This document shows, piece by piece, positions 7,474-16,121 of a stretch of 64,000 nucleotides of DNA. The notes under the pieces are model-generated. The model had not been told where the DNA came from, did no database searches, and worked only from the letters and a program-made list of their open reading frames with translations. The translations under genes were made by a program, and so were the position numbers. The stretch's first letter is position 1, and every line of letters begins with the position of its first letter. Source of the DNA: Bacillota bacterium (GTDB lineage Bacteria; Bacillota; Clostridia; Oscillospirales; Acutalibacteraceae); contig JAEZYP010000037.1 in NCBI GenBank assembly GCA_023418995.1, positions 48,041-112,040 on the forward strand. Direction: 5' to 3'.

Positions 7474-8205
7474 TCACCCCATTAAAATATCGTTTACGCT
7501 TTGACGCTCGTACTCGTCAATGTCAAATGTAGTTTGCTTTTTAGGTTTTTGCGGAGCGTCCTTTTCAGCCCATTTCAAAATTGCCAAATAATGATTTTTG
7601 TATTTATAACCTTTCAATTCAATCCCCTTGGAAAGCGTTTCAATCTTATCTTGCCAATCAGTAAACTTCACTTTCAATTTTTCAATGTCAGAATCAGACA
7701 ACAATACATTTTGATATTCGCCGTATTTGTGTTTTACAGTACGCGCAGCGGACGAAATATCTTCTATACTTTCCTTTACTTTACTATACTTTACTTTACT
7801 TTCCTTTACTGGCATAGGGTCGGCATTGCCGTGGCATTGCCGTGGTAATGCCGGGGCATCGTTCCAACGCTTTAAAGCCTTTTTTCGTTGGCTTTCTCTG
7901 AATGTTGACAGGTTTTCCATGCGCCGGTTTAAACTATCCGAATAGAAAAATTCATCATTTTCTATCTCAAAAAGTCCGTATTGCATCACAACGGTTTTTA
8001 CCTTTTCGGAAGTCGTATTGTACCGACGCGCTAGAGCCGGAATAAGTGCAAGAGGATATTTATATTCCGGCTGGTCGCGCAATGTTTCAATCAGCACCCA
8101 AAATATGCCGTATCCCTCCATGCCTAGCTGCTCAATAAGCAAAACGCATTTCGGATCGTCTTTTGCGTTGCTGTCGTGAGAAAAATAGTAAGCGTCCTTT
8201 GCCAT
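7474..8205 (-). CDS. Replisome organizer / replication initiation protein (DUF4373, Lin1244/Lin1753-like N-terminus)
   Basis: MAKDAYYFSHDSNAKDDPKCVLLIEQLGMEGYGIFWVLIETL... is the characteristic N-terminus. The linker region carries iterons. Confidence 0.6.
   Translation of the reverse strand: MAKDAYYFSHDSNAKDDPKCVLLIEQLGMEGYGIFWVLIETLRDQPEYKYPLALIPALARRYNTTSEKVKTVVMQYGLFEIENDEFFYSDSLNRRMENLSTFRESQRKKALKRWNDAPALPRQCHGNADPMPVKESKVKYSKVKESIEDISSAARTVKHKYGEYQNVLLSDSDIEKLKVKFTDWQDKIETLSKGIELKGYKYKNHYLAILKWAEKDAPQKPKKQTTFDIDEYERQSVNDILMG
7765..7865. repeat. Iteron cluster (candidate phage ori) inside the replisome-organizer gene
   Basis: 7765-7810 holds about six copies of CTTTAC(T). 7811-7865 holds five tandem 11-bp units: GGCATAGGGTC, GGCATTGCCGT, GGCATTGCCGT, GGTAATGCCGG, GGCATCGTTCC. 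Confidence 0.6.
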
Positions 8206-8214
8206 TTTACCCTC

Positions 8215-9000
8215 CTAAAAGAGACTTGACTGTTTGAACTTTTGCTCTTCTCGCGCAGGATTAAGCATTTTTTCCTGTGCGTCCTTATAAAAATTTTTGT
8301 CAACCTCAAACCCAAACGCATTCCTGCCAGTCTCATAAGCCGCCCTAAGCGTTGACCCACTTCCGGCTACCGGGTCAATTACAACGTCTCCAGCATCTGT
8401 AAAAATTGTTATAAGCTGCTTTAAAATTCCTATTGGCTTCTGCGTTGGGTGTATTTTGGGGTATTCTTTTTTGTTGTCTCTCTTCCATTCAAACCAGTCG
8501 TAAATCATGTGCCCATTGTTATTGAACTTAGGCAACTTGTCACGATAAAGCACAACGGCTTGTTCTGTTGCACCTACAATTTTCATGTTTGCCTTTAGTA
8601 CTTGGGCTGAATAATTTTTACAGAAAAATAGCGGATAAGAGTGCATAAACCCATATTTCTTCCCGTATTCAGCTACCATTTGCGCCTGATCAAACGCGCA
8701 AAATACAATCATTGCTGGTGCTTTGCCTTTTTCTTTTGGCTCTTTTATTAGCAAACGGCTACAAAAATGCATATATTCTGCAATCTTGAAATTTCCATCT
8801 GTGTTAAAAAAATTCTTTCCAGCCTTTTCGCTTTCACCATTTTTATTGTCTCCGCCTTCATACCATGTCGGGTTTGAAGCATAAGCATTATTCCCAAGGT
8901 TATATGGAATATCAGCAATTACCAACTGCGCTTTTGGAATATTGTATCCCTTAAAATTTTGAAAATTGTCATGGTAAAGTTCTAATTTTAATTCTCCCAA
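8215..9000 (-). CDS. Site-specific DNA methyltransferase (N6_N4 MTase, beta-class)
   Basis: N-terminal VIADIPYNLG (DPPY-like motif IV) and C-terminal VIDPVAGSGST (motif I). Confidence 0.8.
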   Translation of the reverse strand: MGELKLELYHDNFQNFKGYNIPKAQLVIADIPYNLGNNAYASNPTWYEGGDNKNGESEKAGKNFFNTDGNFKIAEYMHFCSRLLIKEPKEKGKAPAMIVFCAFDQAQMVAEYGKKYGFMHSYPLFFCKNYSAQVLKANMKIVGATEQAVVLYRDKLPKFNNNGHMIYDWFEWKRDNKKEYPKIHPTQKPIGILKQLITIFTDAGDVVIDPVAGSGSTLRAAYETGRNAFGFEVDKNFYKDAQEKMLNPAREEQKFKQSSLF

Positions 9001-9016
9001 TTATGTAATTCTCCTT

Positions 9017-9439
9017 TCAAAACGGCATATCCCCCATGTCCGGCATTTCCTCAAAATCTCCTGTGCCACCTGTAGCGTATTGCGTCGGTTCATCGTGCTT
9101 TGTAGATGGATTATTGTTGCCGTCTTTTTTTGACTCCGCAAAATGCACGTTATCCGCGACGACCTCAAAAGCCTTTCGCTTGTTGCCGTCTTTGTCGGTA
9201 TAACTACGGGTTTGAATACTGCCTTGAACGATGATTGCAGAGCCTTTTTTGAACCACTTGCAAACCAGTTCCGCCGTACCGCGCCATGCAACGATATCAA
9301 TGAATGATGTTTTCTTTTTGTCTCTGATGCCCTGGTCATTGGCAATCGTAAAACTGCATACTGCGATATCATTTGCGGTGTGTTTTAGCTCAGGATCGGA
9401 AACTAAACGCCCCATTAAAACAGCTATATTTAAGCTCAT
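9017..9439 (-). CDS. ssb: Single-stranded DNA-binding protein
   Basis: MSLNIAVLMGRLVSDPELKHT... OB-fold N-terminus and an acidic ...DMGDMPF tail. Confidence 0.9.
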   Translation of the reverse strand: MSLNIAVLMGRLVSDPELKHTANDIAVCSFTIANDQGIRDKKKTSFIDIVAWRGTAELVCKWFKKGSAIIVQGSIQTRSYTDKDGNKRKAFEVVADNVHFAESKKDGNNNPSTKHDEPTQYATGGTGDFEEMPDMGDMPF

Positions 9440-9714
9440 TCTTCTTCCTCCTCAATGTCAATTCCATGTTCATCTTCTGTAGACCCAGTAAAAAAGCAAC
9501 AATTCCCATGGCATTTGCTTTTAAACTCCCATTCCACGTCAATTGCTTCATCTTTGTTTTCCTCCAGAAATGCATCGATGCGCAATTTATCTTGTAGTTT
9601 TTCACGTGCATCTTTTTCAGATTCAGCTTCAATGCTCCCGTACATAGTACCGCAAAAATCAGCGGTAAAATTATAAGTTTTCATAGCTATCCTTTCAGCC
9701 ACAAAATGCGGCAC
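9436..9714 (-). CDS. Hypothetical acidic phage protein
   Basis: ORF track. Overlaps the ssb start. Confidence 0.5.
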   Translation of the reverse strand: MPHFVAERIAMKTYNFTADFCGTMYGSIEAESEKDAREKLQDKLRIDAFLEENKDEAIDVEWEFKSKCHGNCCFFTGSTEDEHGIDIEEEEE

Positions 9715-9992
9715 TATAAATAATTTTTTCCGTACTCTCTGATAAAGTCGTCGGTGGTTGCTTCGGGGTGTTCATCAAGCCATTTGCGTTCGCCGTACTC
9801 ATGCAGCTTTTGCATATTGATTTTGTTGTTATGTACCGCCTCTTTCCCAAACTCGTGACATTTGAAATGGCAAAGATAAACATAAAGTCCGTCGCGCTCT
9901 GATTTATCGCGCCGCCCGTTGCCTCCGAAAATATGATGTTTGTCAAGCGGATCACCGTTTCCGTTTGCGCCGCAAAGCCAACACTCTTTCAT
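9714..9992 (-). CDS. HNH-like / zinc-finger small protein (conserved phage type)
   Basis: From ATG 9992 (ATGA overlap): MKECWLCGANGNGDPLDKHHIFGGNGRRDKSERDGLYVYLCHFKCH.... Confidence 0.4.
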   Translation of the reverse strand: MKECWLCGANGNGDPLDKHHIFGGNGRRDKSERDGLYVYLCHFKCHEFGKEAVHNNKINMQKLHEYGERKWLDEHPEATTDDFIREYGKNYL

Positions 9993-10507
9993 ACGCCCCA
10001 CTCGCTTTTCAGTCTTGAGAGTTCTTCCGGCGTGCGTGTTTCGATATCCATTTCTTTGCACTCGCTCACAATTCCATCAAGCAATCGAGCCATTTGTTTT
10101 GTGTCGTAAGTGGAAGAACCGAAATACACTTGAAATTGATGTCCTGTCGTGCCGTTCACGGTGATTTCTCCCAAGTCCTTGCATAGTTTGTACTCTCGCA
10201 TAAACATGTCCTTAGCGGCCGTCTTGACGACAATATGAGTAAACACGCCGTACCGTTCAAGCATTACAAGGTAAACTTCATCTTTGCTGGCGTTCATCAG
10301 AGCCGCCATTTCTTCGAGTAGCAACCACATATAAGCGTTTGCGTTTAAGGATCGCTTTTCTCGGTATTCTTTGATGTCAACAACGTAAAGTTTGTCTTTC
10401 ATGGACTCAATAAATTTTTTGATTACGGACGGAAATTTGACTCGAAGCATGAGCCAAACTCCGTCGCCGTCCTGCATCCATTTTGCGCGGTCAAACTGCG
10501 TAATCAT
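9989..10507 (-). CDS. NinB/Orf-like recombination mediator (tentative)
   Basis: RSLNANAYMWLLLEEMA and GSSTYDTKQMARLLDGIV parallel lambda Orf RSLDQNRKLWACLGDVS and GQSTSRMRVGEFAELLE. Adjacent to erf. Confidence 0.45.
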   Translation of the reverse strand: MITQFDRAKWMQDGDGVWLMLRVKFPSVIKKFIESMKDKLYVVDIKEYREKRSLNANAYMWLLLEEMAALMNASKDEVYLVMLERYGVFTHIVVKTAAKDMFMREYKLCKDLGEITVNGTTGHQFQVYFGSSTYDTKQMARLLDGIVSECKEMDIETRTPEELSRLKSEWGV

Positions 10508-11124
10508 GATTTAACTGCCTTCGTTTGGGATTTCTCCAAAGAATTCATTGACCATTCATATTGCTGCGGGGTAATGGTGTCAAGAGACTTAGGGGGATTC
10601 TTTGGAAACTTTTCAGAGAGATATTCAATCCATTGGGGAACGCTCCCGCCGACTCTCAAAAGCTCTGTTTGCAACGATGCCTGGTCAACCTTGCTTATGT
10701 ATTTTGGTTGCTTGTCAGGTTGCTGCTGCAGCTTTCCAAATTCGTCCGTATCTGCGTCTTTTGTGTCGTCAATCAGAAACATTCCATTCAATGCATACTT
10801 TCGGGCATAACTAGAAGCGGCTCCGGTTATTTGGCTGTCGTCCATGCCTTTTTTAATTTCAGATTCACGAGCAAAAGCGTGATTTTCGATGAATTCACCG
10901 TCTGCATTTTGCAGCCTTGCAGTAGCTTTGACATAAATTCTGGTTCCTGCCGACTCAATAGCATCGTCAAGTGTAAGAGTTAATGCGTTTTCTTTCAAAA
11001 TCGGTTTCAATGCTTCCAAAATATCTTCGCAACTGCGGTAATTGTAATTACCAAAATTGTTGTGCTGACCTTTTGGAGCTTTTAACGCAATCTGCGCAGC
11101 GGCAAGCTGTTCAACTATTTTCAT
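10504..11124 (-). CDS. erf: ERF-family single-strand annealing protein
   Basis: ...NFGNYNYRSCEDILEALKP...ITGAASSYARKYALNGMFLIDD... is the ERF signature. Confidence 0.8.
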   Translation of the reverse strand: MKIVEQLAAAQIALKAPKGQHNNFGNYNYRSCEDILEALKPILKENALTLTLDDAIESAGTRIYVKATARLQNADGEFIENHAFARESEIKKGMDDSQITGAASSYARKYALNGMFLIDDTKDADTDEFGKLQQQPDKQPKYISKVDQASLQTELLRVGGSVPQWIEYLSEKFPKNPPKSLDTITPQQYEWSMNSLEKSQTKAVKS

Positions 11125-11336
11125 TTATTTTCCTCCAATACTACCGGGCATTCGTTTCCGACACTCACAAATGGATAAACAAGATATTCTCCGGTTAATA
11201 GGCATTTCCAGCGCTTAAGACTGTCCTCGTTGCGGCAAAATGGGCAATACTGACAGACTGTCTTATCCTCTGGAAAATTGATCGTGACGTTCACTGTGCC
11301 CTTTGTATAATAAGACACGCCCTTTTCAAATGCCAT
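11121..11336 (-). CDS. Hypothetical Cys-rich phage protein
   Basis: 71 aa with CQYCPFC...C...C. Confidence 0.5.
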   Translation of the reverse strand: MAFEKGVSYYTKGTVNVTINFPEDKTVCQYCPFCRNEDSLKRWKCLLTGEYLVYPFVSVGNECPVVLEENK

Positions 11337-11446
11337 TATTCGTCCTCCGCCGGCGGTTCTAAGGGTTCTTCATGTTCAAACGGGTCTGGCCCCTCCTGCC
11401 GGTCATACTGTGCCTGCGCCCATGACATACCGTAATCATCAATCAT
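11336..11446 (-). CDS. Small acidic protein (36 aa)
   Basis: Own translation: MIDDYGMSWAQAQYDRQEGPDPFEHEEPLEPPAEDE. Start and stop overlap both neighbours. Confidence 0.3.
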   Translation of the reverse strand: MIDDYGMSWAQAQYDRQEGPDPFEHEEPLEPPAEDE

Positions 11447-11633
11447 TAATATCCTCCAAAGCTTTTACGGTTTCTTCCATCGTTTGCGGCACAACTGAAA
11501 TAGAATTCCTAAATTGTCTGCATTTTTGACATTCATCATACCAATAATTTGATAACTCTGTTTGTTTCTCCAGTTTGTCGCGCAATTCAAAATTTTCAGC
11601 GGCAAGGCGGGCAATCAAGTCTTTATCGTTCAT
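11439..11633 (-). CDS. Hypothetical phage protein
   Basis: ORF track; coupled within the operon. Confidence 0.5.
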   Translation of the reverse strand: MNDKDLIARLAAENFELRDKLEKQTELSNYWYDECQKCRQFRNSISVVPQTMEETVKALEDIND

Positions 11634-12301
11634 TTCATTTCCTCCACAAACTCACCATTTTTAAGAAAGTAAAATGTATCTGACTTAATAGCGGAACCGT
11701 CTACCTTGGCGCACTGGACGTCAATTATGTGCTCTGCATCTTCATCCCATTCAGCAACGACAATCCAGCAACCTAATGCTCCTTTTGCTTTGCTTTCATA
11801 ACCGGTAGCAACGGCAACAGATTCTTTACCTTCTACGGTAGCCGCAGACCGGTTGCCTGTGTTGGTAGCCGCAGACTGGTAGCCTGTGTTGGTAGCCGCA
11901 GACCAGTCACCTGTGTTGGTAGCCGCAGACCGGTAGCCTGTGTTGGATTCTTTTGCGTTATCCCAATCCACTTTTTCAAGAATAAATTTCACGCTTGCAT
12001 CAATAATGCCTTTTAATCCGATTTCAGCGCCAATCTTTATTTTCTTTCCGCAGCGCTTGCTATCGTCATCGGTTTTTAATGAAACTCCATCGAGTTCAAC
12101 CTCACAATAACGGCTATCAGCCGGAGCATAATAACCAAAAACATCAATTGGATTCTCGCAAGCATGAAAACCGGAACTGCATAAATCCGCTTCTGATTCC
12201 TCGTATGACTTTCCGACTTCATATTGAAAAACCTTTCCACTCGGCGTACATTGAAGTTTAGAGTTAAAACCTTTGAATGCTTTCATCTTGACAATCTCCA
12301 T
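11630..12301 (-). CDS. Repeat-containing phage protein (DUF7666-like as recalled) with 4x SAATNTGxx
   Basis: N-terminus ...GFNSKLQC...YEVGKSYE...CSSGFHACENPIDVFGYY, followed by SAATNTGDW, SAATNTGYQ, SAATNTGNR, SAAT. Confidence 0.5.
   Translation of the reverse strand: MEIVKMKAFKGFNSKLQCTPSGKVFQYEVGKSYEESEADLCSSGFHACENPIDVFGYYAPADSRYCEVELDGVSLKTDDDSKRCGKKIKIGAEIGLKGIIDASVKFILEKVDWDNAKESNTGYRSAATNTGDWSAATNTGYQSAATNTGNRSAATVEGKESVAVATGYESKAKGALGCWIVVAEWDEDAEHIIDVQCAKVDGSAIKSDTFYFLKNGEFVEEMK
11837..11944. repeat. Tandem 27-bp repeat x4 (in-frame, inside the CDS)
   Basis: GGTAGCCGCAGACCGGTTGCCTGTGTT and three near-identical units read directly from the sequence. Confidence 0.9.
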
Positions 12302-12307
12302 TTCTCA

Positions 12308-12643
12308 CTATAAAATAGTGGCATAAGTTATTTCTTGCGCGCCGTTTTCAGACTGCAATCTGGAAGCGGCTTTTTTCTTTTCATAAGCACGTCGCTTCAA
12401 TGCGTTTCTGTGTTCTCTCTTTTCTTCCGGAGTAAGCAAAACGCGCTTTGGCTTTCTGGAATTTTTGAGAATGATATCTGTTTTCTGGTTCCATTTTTTC
12501 CCGGAATTTGTATACCTGGTGCATTCGGCGCCGGCTGGGCAACCGCGTTGCCGTCCTGTAACAAACATATAATCGCAGGTATTATAATCCGTTCCGCCTT
12601 TTGACCGGTAGATGCAGCCCTTGCATTCTGGATTGCCTACCAT
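12308..12643 (-). CDS. Hypothetical Cys-rich protein with basic C-terminus
   Basis: ORF track; CKGC...C...C...C followed by a Lys/Arg-rich tail. Confidence 0.5.
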   Translation of the reverse strand: MVGNPECKGCIYRSKGGTDYNTCDYMFVTGRQRGCPAGAECTRYTNSGKKWNQKTDIILKNSRKPKRVLLTPEEKREHRNALKRRAYEKKKAASRLQSENGAQEITYATIL

Positions 12644-12870
12644 GCTTTAACACCTCTCAGTTTGCGCCCGTGAGCCTTAACCACGTGCTTTATATAGCTG
12701 TTGGTTTCGTTCTCTACAAAGCCTGCAACAATTGCTTTCTTTGCGTTTAGCTCTGCATTCTTGCGATTTTCTTCCGCTTTCCATTGCTTATGCGTAAGGC
12801 AAGCTGAATCGGCGTGACATCCAACAAAACGCATTGTGCAATCTTTGCATGGCGGCGGTGTAAACGTCAC
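12637..12870 (-). CDS. Hypothetical Cys-rich phage protein
   Basis: GTG start preceded by AAAGGAGAG. Contains CKDC...C...C. Confidence 0.5.
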   Translation of the reverse strand: MTFTPPPCKDCTMRFVGCHADSACLTHKQWKAEENRKNAELNAKKAIVAGFVENETNSYIKHVVKAHGRKLRGVKAW

Positions 12871-13014
12871 TTTGCTCTCTCCTTTCTGATTTCACACGCT
12901 GAAAAGTAGCATATCAGCGCGGATAGAATAACCGACGACCAGTTTTCATAAGTGCAAAATATTACGATTAACGCAGGAATAACGCAAATGAAAATTTTAC
13001 ATAATACCAATTTT

Positions 13015-13230
13015 TTACTCGCCATAATAAAGTTCATATCCTTTCGCTTTTAATTTTTCGGGTGTTAAATCTCCGTTTATCAGCTCCTTTGCCGCGCCTT
13101 TAATTGACAGTATTTTCCCATCAGGAGATAATGTCCGTTCAGCTGCAATGTGATGCAATGGGTCAATGATCTGATATTCGTGGATATAGGTTCCGCAGTT
13201 TTTGCGCCAGCGTTCAAACATTGGAATCAT
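13015..13230 (-). CDS. Hypothetical phage protein
   Basis: ORF track. Confidence 0.45.
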   Translation of the reverse strand: MIPMFERWRKNCGTYIHEYQIIDPLHHIAAERTLSPDGKILSIKGAAKELINGDLTPEKLKAKGYELYYGE

Positions 13231-13235
13231 CCTTT

Positions 13236-14303
13236 CTAGTACTTTACGTTTATGTAATCTAAAACTTTGCCAAGCCCTAACCCATTTTTTGTGTGCTCTA
13301 TTTCGTCCAAAGTTAATTCGCCATTGTCACCAATATACGGTATATATTCGATGTAGCTATACTCGTCTTTGATGCAATAATCATACTGTTTCGGATGAGT
13401 GATCTTCATTCGCTGGAATCGGTTTGGTTCTTTTTCAAGATGAACACCAAACATACAGAACATGCAGCCTGTACGGTCTAACCCGGTACAGTGATAATGT
13501 TTTGTGGTTTCAAACAGTTCTGTCTGTCCCTCATTATCTGCCACAACATCACCGTAAACGGAGCAATAAGGCAGTCCGGTAATTTTGAGATATTGCAAAA
13601 CGTCTTGTTCAGTCCAGAAAGCCATTGGTGTAGATTGCGGATGATTCGTCGTAAAAGCATTGCAACCTTGTCTATACCATTTTGATTCTCTCTGCTGACT
13701 TTCTTCTGTCATAACCCCTACTAATGGTTTTTTCCCGGAATTCCTTTCATATTGATGGAATGGATTTTTCTTCATTATTCCGCAACATCTGTCTGTTATT
13801 TTAAAAGGAGAATCTATAAGAAAAGCCCACTTTTCCATATTGTAGATTGACGGATTTCCGTTTTTGTCTTTTTCATCCCCTCGGAGTTGGCGATATCTTA
13901 AGCTATCAGTCCCACTTGAAATGTTGTACCTTGCTTCTGAAATTGCGTTTGAAACCGCCTTACTAATAACCGGATACCCATACTTTTTAATCACCTCGTC
14001 AAATCGCATCTTAGGCCGCAGAATCGTGACATTTTCATGCTGTTTGACAAACTGCCTAATTTCTGGATATTCAAGGCCTGTATCAACGAAAACCGATTCA
14101 ATGTCTGGATAAACACGTCGCGCAAGGTCAAGCAATACGGTTGAATCTTTTCCTCCACTGAATGAAACATAAACCTTTCCATTGTAATGCTCATACCATT
14201 CCATAATGCGGAGCTGTGTAACTTGAATTTTCCGTTGTAAACTCCACGCTTGCATTGTTTTTAAATCATCCCGTGTCGTTTTATCACTCTCCTTTACTCT
14301 CAT
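13236..14303 (-). CDS. PAPS-reductase-family PP-loop enzyme with CC...CxxC cluster (DndC/IbrA-like)
   Basis: VSFSGGKDSTVLLDL PP-loop motif. DRCCGIM and GCMFCMF match the CC...CxxC 4Fe-4S pattern of APS reductase and DndC. Confidence 0.7.
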   Translation of the reverse strand: MRVKESDKTTRDDLKTMQAWSLQRKIQVTQLRIMEWYEHYNGKVYVSFSGGKDSTVLLDLARRVYPDIESVFVDTGLEYPEIRQFVKQHENVTILRPKMRFDEVIKKYGYPVISKAVSNAISEARYNISSGTDSLRYRQLRGDEKDKNGNPSIYNMEKWAFLIDSPFKITDRCCGIMKKNPFHQYERNSGKKPLVGVMTEESQQRESKWYRQGCNAFTTNHPQSTPMAFWTEQDVLQYLKITGLPYCSVYGDVVADNEGQTELFETTKHYHCTGLDRTGCMFCMFGVHLEKEPNRFQRMKITHPKQYDYCIKDEYSYIEYIPYIGDNGELTLDEIEHTKNGLGLGKVLDYINVKY

Positions 14304-14481
14304 TTGCCGCGATATTTACGATTTTGAACACATCGTAAACAGACAGGTATTTTTCGGATATTACGCTCTCGACAAACACGCCTAGCATTGCGCATAGTGC
14401 CTCAGTGCTATTGGTTCGGATATCGCAGCCGGTTGTATCGTCGTCAAGATGCATCAGTAAAACAGTTGATTTATTGGACAT
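14284..14481 (-). CDS. Hypothetical small protein (65 aa)
   Basis: ORF track 14284-14571. I prefer ATG 14481 (MSNKSTVLLMHL...), which overlaps the upstream stop. Confidence 0.4.
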   Translation of the reverse strand: MSNKSTVLLMHLDDDTTGCDIRTNSTEALCAMLGVFVESVISEKYLSVYDVFKIVNIAANESKGE

Positions 14482-14620
14482 AGGCAAGCACCCACGTAAA
14501 CATGCCAGCGTACAAAACATTAATTGCAACGTGATTCCAGCGTGATGCCGGTACGCGGTCTTTCCCGACAAGATACAAAACCCACAAACCTAAAACAATA
14601 ATTATCGCTGGAATTTTCAT
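14471..14620 (-). CDS. Small membrane protein (49 aa)
   Basis: Own translation: MKIPAIIIVLGLWVLYLVGKDRVPASRWNHVAINVLYAGMFTWVLAYVQ. ATGA overlap with the upstream ORF. Confidence 0.4.
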   Translation of the reverse strand: MKIPAIIIVLGLWVLYLVGKDRVPASRWNHVAINVLYAGMFTWVLAYVQ

Positions 14621-14778
14621 GCTTTCCCCTCCCGAATCAATCTCAGGCAGTTTTCAAAGATACCTACATAGATTTCGTTATCGCAATGGTCAATCATGCT
14701 TTGTAAGGTTTTAACCAGGTTAATGTGAGCCGCCTGTGCTTCGATTTCTTCCATAGGGTCGTACTTGAATTTGTTCAT
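14617..14778 (-). CDS. Hypothetical small protein (53 aa)
   Basis: Own translation: MNKFKYDPMEEIEAQAAHINLVKTLQSMIDHCDNEIYVGIFENCLRLIREGKA. AAGGAG RBS. Confidence 0.45.
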   Translation of the reverse strand: MNKFKYDPMEEIEAQAAHINLVKTLQSMIDHCDNEIYVGIFENCLRLIREGKA

Positions 14779-14828
14779 AAAAGACACTCCTTAATAAAAT
14801 TTGGGGTACTTTTTGAACGTCCGATAAT

Positions 14829-15458
14829 TTAGTTTTTATCTGCTAATCGTTTTACGCTGTTTTCAATGCCTTGGTATGTTTCGCTTGCCATAAGCACATT
14901 TAAAACAGTGTTAGAAAGCAAATCTTTTGTCTGCTGGTCAAAAAGCGTTTTCAGTTTAACGTTAATTGACTTACGGATTTCATCAACATTATTGCTCATA
15001 AAGTTTTCAATCTCTGAATTGACACAATTTTTCGTAAAATAATCTTCAAAAGTAGTAGAATATCCTTTGCTGTCCTTAAACTTTCCGGATTGAATAATAT
15101 TTTTTATTTCGCGTTTTACAAATTGTTCAAAAGTGAGTTCCTCACGGTTTTTATCCCACACGCCTCCAATGGTAATTTTTTCATTTTTGTAAATATCATC
15201 AACCATACTTTTTACAATTTCGTGTGTATGATTGGTAATCTCCTGCTTTAAAGCTGGAATAATTTCCGATTTTGCCTCTGCAAGAACAGCAGATTTTAAT
15301 GAAGAATAAAGTTCTGCATGCAATTCGTTAAGAATAGACCGTTTCAATATTTTAGTTTCTACCTGAACCGTAATTTTTGCTTCTTCGGTTTTAATTGTAG
15401 TGCTTTCCGTAGGGTCTTCGGCTACCTCATATTCTTCGTAATCACAATCGTAAGACAT
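14829..15458 (-). CDS. Hypothetical phage protein
   Basis: 209-aa ORF with an acidic N-terminus. Family not recognised. Confidence 0.55.
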   Translation of the reverse strand: MSYDCDYEEYEVAEDPTESTTIKTEEAKITVQVETKILKRSILNELHAELYSSLKSAVLAEAKSEIIPALKQEITNHTHEIVKSMVDDIYKNEKITIGGVWDKNREELTFEQFVKREIKNIIQSGKFKDSKGYSTTFEDYFTKNCVNSEIENFMSNNVDEIRKSINVKLKTLFDQQTKDLLSNTVLNVLMASETYQGIENSVKRLADKN

Positions 15459-15517
15459 TATATAATCTCCTTTTAATAATTTTTGGAACGTCTGTTTACT
15501 TTAAAAGTTCCGGGCTG

Positions 15518-15709
15518 TTACCGCCTAGGGATAAGGTCGTATTCAAGCTGTGCGCCTTCAAGGGTATCAAATACTTTTTCAGTACCGCCCATCCGGTCAA
15601 CAACAGTAAAATTGACTTCTTTGGATATAACATTGACATTGACATACAGATACTTTCTATATCCGCCGCCAATATGTGCCGCCCATTCCGTTTGGATGCT
15701 ATTGTTCAT
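15518..15709 (-). CDS. Hypothetical phage protein
   Basis: ORF track; overlaps the upstream gene stop. Confidence 0.45.
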   Translation of the reverse strand: MNNSIQTEWAAHIGGGYRKYLYVNVNVISKEVNFTVVDRMGGTEKVFDTLEGAQLEYDLIPRR

Positions 15710-15945
15710 TCCGTCTCACCTACCAATTTTGATATAGGCATTTTTATTGCCTTGCTGATCGCGCGGAGTTCTCTCAGGGTAATATCGTCGGGGTTCTTTC
15801 TGCGCCGATAAAGGGTCATGCGCGTTTCGTGCATTGCTTTTGCAACATCTTCATAGGAAAGATTGCTTATTTCCATGCCGTATTTCAGAACAGCATTAAA
15901 CGTTCGCTTCAACTTTACGTATTCATACTCTTTTACTTTCGGCAC
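15706..15945 (-). CDS. HTH DNA-binding protein (XRE/Cro-like)
   Basis: ...LSYEDVAKAMHETRMTLYRRRKNPDDITLRELRAISKAIKMP has a helix-turn-helix pattern. Confidence 0.55.
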   Translation of the reverse strand: MPKVKEYEYVKLKRTFNAVLKYGMEISNLSYEDVAKAMHETRMTLYRRRKNPDDITLRELRAISKAIKMPISKLVGETE

Positions 15946-16121
15946 AAATTTTTACCCTCCAATTCTTTAATAATCTTTCGGATTTTTGCTTTCTCGTCCG
16001 AATCCAGCTCTTTTCTGAATTTCCGTGTCATAGTCGGCTCACTGATTCCCATTTCGTCGGCAATCATCCAGAGCGTTATACCGCGAGATTTTGCAAAACT
16101 CCGAATATCGGTATTCCTCAA
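15933..16121 (-). CDS. Small HTH DNA-binding protein
   Basis: ...GITLWMIADEMGISEPTMTRKFR has a helix-turn-helix pattern. Confidence 0.5.
   Translation of the reverse strand: MRNTDIRSFAKSRGITLWMIADEMGISEPTMTRKFRKELDSDEKAKIRKIIKELEGKNLCRK

Noticed and set aside
9001-9372. 123-aa minus-strand ORF overlapping ssb in another frame, and the 9390-9632 and 9695-9955 ORFs
   Set aside because: They overlap well-supported genes (ssb and the neighbouring coupled ORFs), and their sequences are basic and low in complexity.
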